64,000 bases of DNA from an uncultured Alphaproteobacteria bacterium. GTDB taxonomy: Bacteria > Pseudomonadota > Alphaproteobacteria > Rhizobiales > Afifellaceae. How positions within the stretch are numbered: position 1 is the stretch's first letter; each line of letters opens with the position of its first letter. Both the position numbers and the translations under genes were made by a program. Under the pieces are notes generated by a model. It was not told the DNA's origin. It searched no databases and saw only the letters and a program-made list of their open reading frames with translations. Where the stretch lies: contig CAVTYQ010000009.1 in NCBI GenBank assembly GCA_963739005.1, positions 26,014 to 90,013 on the forward strand, given 5' to 3'. Below, one piece after another: positions 31,048 to 40,104 of this stretch.

Positions 31048-32720
31048 TGGCGGCGGACGAACTGGTTTTCGTGCCGCTCGGCGGCGTTGGCGAGATCGGG
31101 ATGAACCTCGCGCTCTACGGCTACGGCCGCGGCCGCGGGCGCAAATGGCTAGCCGTCGATATGGGCGTCGCCTTCGGGCACGAGGAAGTGCTGCCCGGGG
31201 TCGATGCCGTGCTCCCCGACATCAGCTTTCTTCTCGAGCGGAAAAGCGACCTCGTCGGCATCGCCATCACGCATGCGCACGAGGATCATTACGGCGCGCT
31301 TTTCGATTTCTGGCCGAAGCTCGGAGTACCCGTCTTCATGACACCGTTCGCCGCCGCGCTGCTGCAAGCGAAGCGGCAAGGCGAAGCGAATGCGCCGAAG
31401 ATCGCGGTGACGACGATCCGCCAGGGGGAGCGCTTCACCGCCGGGCCGTTCGAGGTGGAATACGTTCCTGTCTCCCACTCGATCCCGGAACCGAATGCGC
31501 TGGCGATCCGCACGCCGCTCGGGACCGTGTTCCACACCGGCGACTGGAAGCTCGATCCGGCGCCGGGCGTCGGCCGCGCCACCGATAATGACCGCATCGC
31601 CGCGATCGGGGAGGAGGGCGTGCTCGCGCTTATCTCCGATTCCACCAACGCTATCCGCGACGGGATCAGCCCGAGCGAGGGCGAGGTCGCGCGCGTGCTT
31701 GAGCGGCTCATCGCGGAGGCGCCGCAGCGCGTGGCGGTCACAACATTTGCTTCAAACGTCGGACGGATTCGCGCGGTCGCCGAGGCGGCCCATCGCGCCG
31801 GCCGCGAGGTGGTCATCGTCGGGCGCGCGATCCACCGCTCCGTGGATGTGGCGCGCGAACTCGGCTACCTGGAGGGCTTGCCGGAATTCCTCGACCAGGA
31901 TGCCTATGCGCAGCTGCCGCGGAACAAGGTGGTAGCGCTGATGACGGGCAGCCAAGGCGAGCCGCGCGCCGCGCTTGCAAAGGTCGCCGCCAAGGACCAT
32001 CGCGCGCTTTCGCTCGCGCCGGGAGACCGCGTGATCTTCTCCTCCCGCACGATCCCGGGCAACGAGCGTCCGGTGAACACGATCATCAACGCGCTGGTCG
32101 ATTTCGGCGCCGAGGTGATCACCGACCGCGACGCGCTCGTCCATACATCTGGGCACCCGCGCCGGGACGAACTCAGACAGCTCTACGATTGGCTGAAGCC
32201 ACAGATCGTCGTGCCGGTTCATGGCGAGGCGCTGCATCTTCACGAGCAGGCGAAGCTCGCGCGCGCCGCGGGCATCCCGCAAGTGATCGAGGCGCGGAAC
32301 GGCCGCATGATCCGGCTTGCGCCGGCGCCGGCCGAGCAACTCGAAAGCATCGGACACGGCAGGCTCTATCGCGATGGCAAGCTCCTCGCGTCACACGAAA
32401 TGAGCGGCGTCGCCGATCGTCGGCGCTTGAGCTTTGCCGGCGTGGTCAGCGTTGCGATCGTGCTCTCCGACGGCGGCGAGGTGCTCGAGGATCCAACGGT
32501 CGCGCTCCTTGGCCTGCCCGACGCCGACGCCGAGGGCGAGCTCCTTCGCTCGGTCGTAGAAGAGGCGGTCGACGACGCGCTCGACGGACTCTCCAAGGCG
32601 AAGCGCCGCGCCGCTGACAGCGTGCGCGATGCGGTGCGGCGCTCGGTCAGAAGCGAGATCGAGACGGTCTGGGGAAAGAAGCCGCTGACGATCGTCCACG
32701 TCGTGCATGTGAGCGACTGA
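31047..32720 (+). CDS. rnj: Ribonuclease J (metallo-beta-lactamase / beta-CASP family)
   Basis: 557 aa, LGGVGEIGMN..., ITHAHEDHYGAL, ...HTSGHPRRDEL. The ATG shares one nt with the birA TGA. Confidence 0.88.
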   Translation: MAADELVFVPLGGVGEIGMNLALYGYGRGRGRKWLAVDMGVAFGHEEVLPGVDAVLPDISFLLERKSDLVGIAITHAHEDHYGALFDFWPKLGVPVFMTPFAAALLQAKRQGEANAPKIAVTTIRQGERFTAGPFEVEYVPVSHSIPEPNALAIRTPLGTVFHTGDWKLDPAPGVGRATDNDRIAAIGEEGVLALISDSTNAIRDGISPSEGEVARVLERLIAEAPQRVAVTTFASNVGRIRAVAEAAHRAGREVVIVGRAIHRSVDVARELGYLEGLPEFLDQDAYAQLPRNKVVALMTGSQGEPRAALAKVAAKDHRALSLAPGDRVIFSSRTIPGNERPVNTIINALVDFGAEVITDRDALVHTSGHPRRDELRQLYDWLKPQIVVPVHGEALHLHEQAKLARAAGIPQVIEARNGRMIRLAPAPAEQLESIGHGRLYRDGKLLASHEMSGVADRRRLSFAGVVSVAIVLSDGGEVLEDPTVALLGLPDADAEGELLRSVVEEAVDDALDGLSKAKRRAADSVRDAVRRSVRSEIETVWGKKPLTIVHVVHVSD

Positions 32721-32722
32721 CC

Positions 32723-33130
32723 ATGCTTGGTCGGCTGAACCACGTGGCAATCGCGGTTCCTGATCTCGATTCCGCGGCGCGGACCTACAGAGAGAGGCTC
32801 GGCGCGGTCGTATCCAAGCCGCAAGGGCTGCCGGAGCACGGCGTCAGCGTCGTCTTCGTCGATCTTCCCAATACCCGGATCGAGTTGATGGCGCCCCTTG
32901 GCGCCGCCTCACCGATCGCGAAATTCCTCGAGCGTCATCCCGACGGTGGAATGCATCACCTCTGCTACGAGGTCGACGACGTCCGCGCTGCGCGCGACAG
33001 ACTTAAACGTGAGGGTGCGCGCGTCCTCGGCGATGGGGAGCCAAGAATCGGTGCGCACGGCAGACCGGTGATCTTCCTCAGCCCAAAGGATTTCTGCGGC
33101 ACGCTGATCGAGCTCGAAGAGGTCGGCTGA
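32723..33130 (+). CDS. mce: Methylmalonyl-CoA epimerase (VOC family)
   Basis: 135 aa, LNHVAIAVPDLDSA..., IELMAPLG..SPIAKFLE..PDGGMHHLCYEVDD, IGAHGRPVIFLSPKDFCGTLIELEE. Confidence 0.85.
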   Translation: MLGRLNHVAIAVPDLDSAARTYRERLGAVVSKPQGLPEHGVSVVFVDLPNTRIELMAPLGAASPIAKFLERHPDGGMHHLCYEVDDVRAARDRLKREGARVLGDGEPRIGAHGRPVIFLSPKDFCGTLIELEEVG

Positions 33131-33381
33131 TGGGAGTCTTCCCGTCGATCGCCGTTTACTTCGTGATCTGGTGGCTCTGCCTCTTCGTCGTCCTGCCGTT
33201 CCGCATCAGGAGCCATCACGAAATGGACGACGTGACCCTCGGAACGGACGCCGGCGCTCCGCATCGGCCGCGCATGGGGGCTAGGCTCCTAGCGACGACG
33301 CTGCTCGCGGCGATACTATACGGAGGCTTCTTCCTCTACTTCAACGTGCTCCACTTGAGCGTATTAGACTTCGCGCGATGA
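33130..33381 (+). CDS. DUF1467-family small membrane protein
   Basis: 83 aa, ...VYFVIWWLCLFVVLPFRIRSHHE...GTDAGAP. ATGA overlap with mce. This pairing downstream of nuo is typical of alphaproteobacteria (from memory). Confidence 0.75.
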   Translation: MGVFPSIAVYFVIWWLCLFVVLPFRIRSHHEMDDVTLGTDAGAPHRPRMGARLLATTLLAAILYGGFFLYFNVLHLSVLDFAR

Positions 33382-33409
33382 AGGTCCGCGCCGCATATGC
33401 GATAGGCCT

Positions 33410-33440
33410 AAAAGAAAAAGAGCAAGGCATTGCCTTGCTC
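33410..33440 (-). terminator. Strong Rho-independent terminator on the minus strand with no recognisable gene upstream
   Basis: Minus strand reads gagcaaggc-aat-gccttgctc (9-bp stem) followed by TTTTTCTTTT. On the plus strand the hairpin is followed by aagacc (no U-tract). Confidence 0.7.
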
Positions 33441-33731
33441 AAGACCTTCGCGATTAGCCGCTCATCATACACGCGTTGGACGCGCCTCTGATGAAGTCCT
33501 CCCAAGACTTGGACCGCGAGTATTCGGTGTCAACGCACCTTCTTAGACCGGGAACCATAGCCCATCGGAATCGGCCTGTCACTACCCTTCCGCGACGCTG
33601 CCGAAAAATTTGGCGGGATGCCCGATTTTGGCGCAACCGCCGGGTCGCAAATGGCGGTCGCAGGGGTCGCGTCTTGCCAAGCCGAAGGCGATACGATCAT
33701 GTCGCCGAAAATCATAGATGATTCATAGCCC

Positions 33732-35066
33732 ATGCTGCTCTCGCGCTACTTCCTGCCAATTCTCAAGGAGACGCCGAAAGAGGCCGAAATTGTCTCGCAT
33801 CGGCTGATGCTTCGCGCCGGCATGCTCAGGCAGCAGGCAGCGGGCATCTATTCCTGGCTGCCGCTCGGTTTCCGCGTTCTGAAGAAGATTGAGCGGATCG
33901 TGCGCGAGGAACAGGACCGGACGGGGGCGCTGGAAGTGCTGATGCCGACCGTCCAATCGGCCGATCTCTGGCGGGAAAGCGGGCGTTACGAGGACTACGG
34001 CAAGGAGATGCTCCGCATCGTCGACCGCCATGAGCGCGACATGCTCTACGGCCCCACCAACGAGGAGATGATCACCGACATCTTCCGCGCTTACGTGCGC
34101 TCGTACCGGGACCTGCCGCTCAACCTCTACCATATCCAATGGAAATTCCGGGATGAGGTCAGGCCGCGCTTCGGTGTGATGCGCGGGCGCGAGTTCCTGA
34201 TGAAGGATGCCTATTCCTTCGATCTGGACCTCGCAGGCGCGAGGGCGGCCTACAATCGCATGTTCGTCGCCTATCTCCGCACCTTCGCGCGCCTCGGCCT
34301 GAAAGCGATCCCGATGCGCGCGGAATCCGGCCCGATCGGCGGCGACCTTAGCCACGAGTTTGTCATCCTCGCCGACACCGGTGAAAGCGCCGTCTATTGC
34401 GACCGCAACCTGCTCGATCTCGAGGTGCCCGGCGCCGATACGGATTTCCGCTCCGACCTCTCACCGATCGTCGACCGTTGGACGGCATCCTACGCGGCTA
34501 CCGACGACATGCACGACGAAGCCGCCTTCGTCGCGTTGCCGGAAGAGCGCCGCGTCAGCGCGCGCGGCATCGAGGTTGGACACATCTTCTACTTCGGCAC
34601 GAAATATTCGGCGGCCATGCGCGCACACGTCGCCGGCCCGGACGGCGCCGAGCATGCCGTCCACATGGGTTCTTACGGTGTGGGGGTCTCCCGCCTCGTC
34701 GGCGCGATCATCGAGGCGAGCCACGACGAGAACGGTATCATCTGGCCCGACAGCGTCGCGCCGTTCCAGGTCGGTCTCGTCAACCTGAAGCCGGGCGACA
34801 CGGTGACGGACGAAGTTGCGGACGGCGTGATGATGCGGCTCGAAGCGGCGGGCATTTCGGTGCTATACGACGACATCGATCAGCGGGCAGGGGCGAAGTT
34901 CGCATCGATGGACCTGATCGGCCTGCCATGGCAGGTGATCATAGGGCCGCGCGGGGCCAAAGGCGGCGAAGTTGAGATCAAGCGGCGTGCGACCGGGGAA
35001 CGCGAGACGCTCACCGTCGATGCCGCGATCAACCGCCTGACGACAAAGATCGCCGGGGAGAGCTGA
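33732..35066 (+). CDS. proS: Proline--tRNA ligase (short alphaproteobacterial type)
   Basis: 444 aa, [34 protein letters not shown]..., [22 protein letters not shown]. Confidence 0.95.
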   Translation: MLLSRYFLPILKETPKEAEIVSHRLMLRAGMLRQQAAGIYSWLPLGFRVLKKIERIVREEQDRTGALEVLMPTVQSADLWRESGRYEDYGKEMLRIVDRHERDMLYGPTNEEMITDIFRAYVRSYRDLPLNLYHIQWKFRDEVRPRFGVMRGREFLMKDAYSFDLDLAGARAAYNRMFVAYLRTFARLGLKAIPMRAESGPIGGDLSHEFVILADTGESAVYCDRNLLDLEVPGADTDFRSDLSPIVDRWTASYAATDDMHDEAAFVALPEERRVSARGIEVGHIFYFGTKYSAAMRAHVAGPDGAEHAVHMGSYGVGVSRLVGAIIEASHDENGIIWPDSVAPFQVGLVNLKPGDTVTDEVADGVMMRLEAAGISVLYDDIDQRAGAKFASMDLIGLPWQVIIGPRGAKGGEVEIKRRATGERETLTVDAAINRLTTKIAGES

Positions 35067-35067
35067 T

Positions 35068-36357
35068 ATGGCGGAAGCCGCGGCCGGCAAACTGAAGGCA
35101 ACGCGGCCGTTCACGGCGTTCGAATGGATCCTCGCGCTGCGCTACCTTCGCCCGCGCCGCAAGGAGGCCTTCATCTCGGTCATCGCCGGCTTCTCGTTTC
35201 TCGGGATCATGCTCGGCGTGGCGACGCTCGTCGTCGTGATGGCGGTGATGAACGGCTTCCGCGCCGAGCTCCTCGACAAGATTCTCGGCATCAACGGCCA
35301 TATCATCGTGCAACCGATCGAAAGCGACCTGACCGACTACGACGCGGTCGCGAAGCGGATTTCCGCGCTGCCGGGCGTGAAGGCGGCGATGCCGATCATC
35401 GAGGGGCAGGCGCTCGCCTCCGGCCCGAGCACCGGAAGCTCCGGCGTTCTTGTCCGCGGCATCCGCGGGCCGGACCTCCTCGGCATGGAGAAGATTTCCG
35501 GTAGCGTCGAAGACGGCGGTGGTCTCATCGACTTCGACAATTCGGGCGGCATCCTGATCGGCACGGGGCTGGCGCAGTCGCTCGGCGTCAACGTCGGCGA
35601 CAAGGTGATGCTGATCAGCCCGCGTGGCGCCATCACGCCGCTCGGCACGTCGCCCAGGATCAAGTCCTATCCGGTCGTCGCAATCTTCGAGATCGGCATG
35701 TCGGAATACGATTCGACCTACGTCTTCATGCCACTCTCCGAAGCGCAGCTCTATTTCAACTCGCCGGACAAGGCGCAGGCGATCGAGGTCTATCTGAACG
35801 ATCCGGATAAGGTCGGCGAAATGCGCCCGATCGTCGAGAAGGCGGCAGGGCGTCCGGTCTTCACCACCGACTGGCACATGCGCAACGTCACCTTCTTCAG
35901 CGCCTTGCAGGTCGAGCGGAACGTCATGTTCACAATCCTGACTCTGATCGTGCTCGTCGCCGCGCTCAACATCATCTCCGGGCTGATCATGCTGGTGAAG
36001 GACAAGGGGCGCGACATCGCGATCCTGCGAACGATGGGCGCGACGCGAGGCTCCATACTCCGCGTCTTCTTCATCACCGGCGCATCGATCGGCACGGTCG
36101 GTACGATCGCCGGGCTTATCCTCGGCACGGTCATCTGCACCAACATCGAGTCGCTCAAGGAGTTCATCTCCTGGGTTACGCGGACCGAGATCTTCTCGCC
36201 CGAGCTCTATTTCCTTTCCACGCTTCCCGCCGACATGGACCCGGCCGAGACGACCGCGATCGCGCTGATGGCGCTGGCGCTTTCCTACCTTGCCACGATC
36301 TTCCCGGCGTGGCGGGCAGCGCGGCTCGATCCGGTCGAGGCGCTGCGCTACGAATGA
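35068..36357 (+). CDS. Lipoprotein-releasing ABC transporter permease (LolC/LolE family)
   Basis: 429 aa, FtsX-like permease with a periplasmic MacB-type domain. ...[30 protein letters not shown]..., C-terminal [17 protein letters not shown]. Confidence 0.9.
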   Translation: MAEAAAGKLKATRPFTAFEWILALRYLRPRRKEAFISVIAGFSFLGIMLGVATLVVVMAVMNGFRAELLDKILGINGHIIVQPIESDLTDYDAVAKRISALPGVKAAMPIIEGQALASGPSTGSSGVLVRGIRGPDLLGMEKISGSVEDGGGLIDFDNSGGILIGTGLAQSLGVNVGDKVMLISPRGAITPLGTSPRIKSYPVVAIFEIGMSEYDSTYVFMPLSEAQLYFNSPDKAQAIEVYLNDPDKVGEMRPIVEKAAGRPVFTTDWHMRNVTFFSALQVERNVMFTILTLIVLVAALNIISGLIMLVKDKGRDIAILRTMGATRGSILRVFFITGASIGTVGTIAGLILGTVICTNIESLKEFISWVTRTEIFSPELYFLSTLPADMDPAETTAIALMALALSYLATIFPAWRAARLDPVEALRYE

Positions 36358-37112
36358 GCGAGGAGGCCGCAGTCACGGTCGCCCAGGAGAGCCCGCCGCT
36401 GGCGGGCGTGCTGAAGGCCGCGGCACGCAAGAGCGCGCTTTCGCTCGAAGGAATCGCGCGCGCCTACAAGACCGGCTCTGGCATGCTGCCGGTCTTGAAG
36501 GATGCCAACCTTTCCGTCGCGGTCGGCGAGATGGTGGCGCTTGTCGCACCGTCGGGAGCCGGCAAGTCGACGCTGCTTCACATCGCCGGCCTGCTTGAGC
36601 ATCCCGATTCCGGCGAGGTGCTGATCAACGGCGAGGCCGCGTCGCGGGCGAGCGATGACGCGCGCACATCGCTCCGGCGCCGGCAGATCGGCTTCGTCTA
36701 TCAGTTCCATCATCTGCTGCCGGAATTCTCGGCGCTCGAGAACCTCGTCCTACCGCAGATGATCGCCGGCCTGCACCGGCGCGAGGCGGAGAAGCGGGCG
36801 CACGAGCTTCTCGCCTACCTCCGCGTCGACAAGCGCGCGACGCATCGGCCGGCGGAGCTTTCCGGCGGCGAACAGCAGCGCGTGGCGATCGCGCGCGCGG
36901 TGATCAACGCGCCGCGGCTTCTCCTCGCCGACGAGCCGACCGGGAACCTCGATCCGAACACCGCCGGCCACGTCTTCGCGGCGCTCCGGTCGCTCGTGCG
37001 GGAATCCGGCCTCGCCGCGCTGATCGCCACCCACAATTACGCGCTCGCCGCGGAGATGGACCGCACCGTCACCATCGAGGACGGCGCCATCGTGCCGGCA
37101 AGAGTGGGCTAG
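36354..37112 (+). CDS. lolD: Lipoprotein-releasing system ATP-binding protein
   Basis: 252 aa; ATG 36354 overlaps the permease TGA. Walker [10 protein letters not shown], signature [14 protein letters not shown], Walker [13 protein letters not shown]. Track ORF 36309 trimmed. Confidence 0.92.
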   Translation: MSEEAAVTVAQESPPLAGVLKAAARKSALSLEGIARAYKTGSGMLPVLKDANLSVAVGEMVALVAPSGAGKSTLLHIAGLLEHPDSGEVLINGEAASRASDDARTSLRRRQIGFVYQFHHLLPEFSALENLVLPQMIAGLHRREAEKRAHELLAYLRVDKRATHRPAELSGGEQQRVAIARAVINAPRLLLADEPTGNLDPNTAGHVFAALRSLVRESGLAALIATHNYALAAEMDRTVTIEDGAIVPARVG

Positions 37113-37125
37113 ATCGCGCCGCGCG

Positions 37126-37524
37126 CTATTCGAGCGCAAGCGATTCGAGAATGCCGAGAGCTTCCGCTGCTCGTTCTACCGGCACAAACAGGTGATCGTG
37201 ATAGAAGGCCGAGACGGCATTCGCACTCAGCCCGGCGGCGGCAAGCCTGCCCGTGACGACGGCGAGGAAACCCACGGCCTCAAGCGATGAATGAATGGAG
37301 AGCGTGATCATCCGGCAGGGAAATGTGCCGGCGAGACCGGCCCGTTCGGCCTCCTGTCTTTCAACGATGAGTGTCAGCCCCTCCGCCTCGCGAAACGTCA
37401 GCCTGGGCGTGATCGAAGGCGGGATCGCGTCTGTCGGCAGCGACGTCACGAACATGTAGGTCGCGCTGTCGAGCGCGGGCCGCATCGAGCGGATCAGAGC
37501 CTTCAGGTCGGTCTCACCCGTCAT
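37126..37524 (-). CDS. ACT-domain-containing protein (function unknown)
   Basis: 132 aa, MTGETDLKALIRSMRPALDSATYMFVT...ITLSIHSSLEAVGFLAVVTGRLAAAGLSANAVSAFYHDHLFVP. A GGAGGAG SD lies 7 nt before ATG 37524; the track start at 37539 would read through the SD. Confidence 0.7.
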   Translation of the reverse strand: MTGETDLKALIRSMRPALDSATYMFVTSLPTDAIPPSITPRLTFREAEGLTLIVERQEAERAGLAGTFPCRMITLSIHSSLEAVGFLAVVTGRLAAAGLSANAVSAFYHDHLFVPVERAAEALGILESLALE

Positions 37525-37816
37525 GATCAACTCCTCCAAAACGCCTGGACCTGGAAGGTGAAGCTTCGTCCTGGCGGAGCCGTTCTAAGCGCAGCGCGCC
37601 ATTCGACCGATGGCGTTGTCATGGAAAAGCCGTTTTGGCTTGATGTCGAGATGATGCGTGGCCGATCGAAGATGGCCAGCTAGAAACCGAAGGTTTGCTG
37701 TGCAACACGGCCTGCTGGCGACCCGTCGGTTTCGTTTCCGGCCATCGGCCAAGATTGAGCAATCCAGGCGTACCAAACAGTCTATTCGCTGCGCTTGGCG
37801 GCATGCAGACAGCTAT

Positions 37817-38884
37817 TTGAGACGCTTTCTCCGAGGGTCGCTTGCATTGGCCCTCGCGGTTGCAGTGCACAGTTCGTTGTTCGCGCAGGCGAGCGCATCG
37901 CCGACGAGCTCGGGCCAACCTTCCATCGCGGGAACAAATACCGCCCCCGCTACGGAGGCGGATACGCCGGTTGAATCCACGACGACTTCATCAGTTCCAA
38001 GCGACGCGGCGGCACTCGGTGGCTATAGCGTGCTCATCGCCGACCGGGGCAACAACCGCCTGCTACTTGTCGATCCCGACAAGAACATCGTCTGGGAATA
38101 TGACTTCGTTGGGTTGCCCCGCAGTTCGGGTGCCGACGACGCGTTCTTTGCCGACGGCAGCAAGAGCATCATCGTCAACCTCGAGCATGAGCAGGTGATC
38201 CAGATCATCGATATGGAGACGAAGCAGGTCACCTGGGAATACGGCGAGCTGCACAAGCGCGGTTCCCGAGACGGCCTGCTCAACTTCCCTGACGACGCCT
38301 ACAAGCTCGCCAATGGCGACGTGATTGTCGCCGATATCCGCAATTGCCGAATCCTTGAGATCTCACCTGACAAGCGGATCGTGCGACAGGCCGGGGTGAC
38401 CGGCCGTTGCGGCAGCAAACCACCATTGCTTGCTTCGCCCAACGGCGACACGCCGCTCCCCAGCGGGCATGTTCTGGTCAGCACCATACGCGATCACTCG
38501 CTGGTCGAACTCGATGAGAACTGGCAGCAAGTGTTCAGGCTTACCTTGCCTCTGCGCTACCCATCGGATCCGCAAATGACGATGGCCGGCAATTTTCTGA
38601 TTAGCGGCTACACGCGGCCCGGCAAGATCATCGAGATCAGCCGTAGCGGGGATATCGTGTGGCAATATACGGCCAAGGGCGAAGGCGGACTCAATCGCCC
38701 TTCGCTGGCCATCGAACTGCCGAATGGAAACATTCTGGCGAACGACGACTTGAACCACCGCGTCATTGTCGTCGACAAATCGTCCAAGAAGATCCTTTGG
38801 CAATACGGCGTCACAGCTCATCGCGGGTCGGCCCCCGGCTATCTTGCGATTCCCGATGGGCTCGATATTTGGAAAGCGAATTGA
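37817..38884 (+). CDS. Secreted six-bladed beta-propeller protein (NHL/YWTD-like repeats), function unknown
   Basis: Putative TTG start 37817 gives the signal peptide MRRFLRGSLALALAVAVHSSLFAQA, then a Ser/Thr/Pro linker and six repeats ending in W(E/Q)Y-type motifs (e.g. LIADRGNNRLLLVDPDKNIVWEY, VADIRNCRILEISPDKRIV, NDDLNHRVIVVDKSSKKILWQY). The start is uncertain; the track ORF begins at 37658. Confidence 0.65.
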   Translation: MRRFLRGSLALALAVAVHSSLFAQASASPTSSGQPSIAGTNTAPATEADTPVESTTTSSVPSDAAALGGYSVLIADRGNNRLLLVDPDKNIVWEYDFVGLPRSSGADDAFFADGSKSIIVNLEHEQVIQIIDMETKQVTWEYGELHKRGSRDGLLNFPDDAYKLANGDVIVADIRNCRILEISPDKRIVRQAGVTGRCGSKPPLLASPNGDTPLPSGHVLVSTIRDHSLVELDENWQQVFRLTLPLRYPSDPQMTMAGNFLISGYTRPGKIIEISRSGDIVWQYTAKGEGGLNRPSLAIELPNGNILANDDLNHRVIVVDKSSKKILWQYGVTAHRGSAPGYLAIPDGLDIWKAN

Positions 38885-38885
38885 A

Positions 38886-39266
38886 ATGCGTTGCATCAGC
38901 CGACTTGCGAATGTGGTCGTCGCAATATTTGCCCTGGCGGTCATCGTGGCAGACACGACGCCTCTGAAGGCTGCGACCGCTCCCGCAATTCACAAGGTCG
39001 GTGCCGTCACCCGCCACGCAAGCAACTTCGTTGGGCAGGTCGTCTTTCTCAGCGGCTACCTGCTTGCCCGTGAGCAGGGATACATCCTCTTTTCGGATGA
39101 GCCGAAAGGCAAGATTTCGCAGTACGATCTACCGGTGGTCGGCGCCGGAATCGACCAGATGATCCCCATGAAGAAATATGTGATCGAGGGCAGATTCGTA
39201 GATGGCGATCTGGTGACGAGCAATGCCAACAAATATCACCTTGAGCTTATCGGGCTTCAGCCGTAG
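38886..39266 (+). CDS. Small secreted hypothetical protein (126 aa)
   Basis: ATG is 1 nt after the previous stop. Signal/anchor MRCISRLANVVVAIFALAVIVADTTPLKA. No family recognised. Track ORF 38766..39266 trimmed. Confidence 0.6.
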   Translation: MRCISRLANVVVAIFALAVIVADTTPLKAATAPAIHKVGAVTRHASNFVGQVVFLSGYLLAREQGYILFSDEPKGKISQYDLPVVGAGIDQMIPMKKYVIEGRFVDGDLVTSNANKYHLELIGLQP

Positions 39267-39337
39267 CCCGGCGTCGCGCAGGATGTGGAGATCGCCGCGG
39301 CTAGCTTCAGTCAGCTCCACCCAGGGGAACGTCACCG

Positions 39338-40039
39338 ATGGCTGAGCGACGCCATGAGACCGCGCTGATTGTCGGCGCCGGGTATGGGCTCAGCGCCTCG
39401 CTTGCCAGATTGCTCGCCCGCGAAGGCCTGCGCATCGCGCTTGCGGCGCGCCACGCTGACAAGCTCGCAGCGCTTTCAAGCGAAGTCGGGGCGCACGCAT
39501 TCGCTTGCGACGCGGTGGACGCGGCGCAGGTCGAGCAGCTCTTCGTCGACGTCGAAGGCGCGGTCGGCGCGCCCGACGTGGTGATCTACAACGCCAGCGG
39601 ACGGGCGCGCGGACCGCTGGTCGACCTTGACCCAGCGGAGGTCGAGCGCACGCTCAGCGTCAGCGCCTTCGGCGGCTTCCTGGTTGCCCAGCAGGCTGCG
39701 CGGCGGATGCTTCCGCGCGGCTTCGGCGCGATCTTCTTCACAGGCGCCTCCGCCAGCGTGAAGGGCTATCCGCAATCCGCGCCCTTCGCGATGGGCAAGT
39801 TCGCGCTGCGCGGACTGGCCCAGAGCATGGCGCGCGAACTTCAGCCGCAGGGCATCCACGTGGCGCATTTCGTCATCGACGGCGCGATCCGCAATCCCGG
39901 GCGCGTCGAGCCTGTCGACAAGCCCGATTCGATGCTCGATCCCGATGCCATCGCCGCCACCTATCTGAACATTCTCAGGCAACCGCGCAGCGCCTGGACG
40001 TGGGAAGCGGAGCTTCGGCCCTGGGTGGAGCGGTTCTGA
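39338..40039 (+). CDS. SDR-family oxidoreductase
   Basis: 233 aa, N-terminal VGAGYGLSASLARLL (degenerate Rossmann TGxxxGxG), NASG, and a YxxxK equivalent in GYPQSAPFAMGKFALRGL. Confidence 0.8.
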   Translation: MAERRHETALIVGAGYGLSASLARLLAREGLRIALAARHADKLAALSSEVGAHAFACDAVDAAQVEQLFVDVEGAVGAPDVVIYNASGRARGPLVDLDPAEVERTLSVSAFGGFLVAQQAARRMLPRGFGAIFFTGASASVKGYPQSAPFAMGKFALRGLAQSMARELQPQGIHVAHFVIDGAIRNPGRVEPVDKPDSMLDPDAIAATYLNILRQPRSAWTWEAELRPWVERF

Positions 40040-40104
40040 GCCGCGCCGCGCGCTCCGCTCTACGCTCTACGCGCAGTGGCAGGGGATAGCGCTCTCCCGC
40101 CCCT

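Noticed and set aside
33454-33636. 60-aa minus-strand ORF ending 14 nt before the orphan terminator, considered as a real small protein gene.
   Set aside because: It is Arg-rich, uses several rare codons, and has no convincing SD at any in-frame ATG. I kept it only as an alternative explanation within the orphan-terminator finding.
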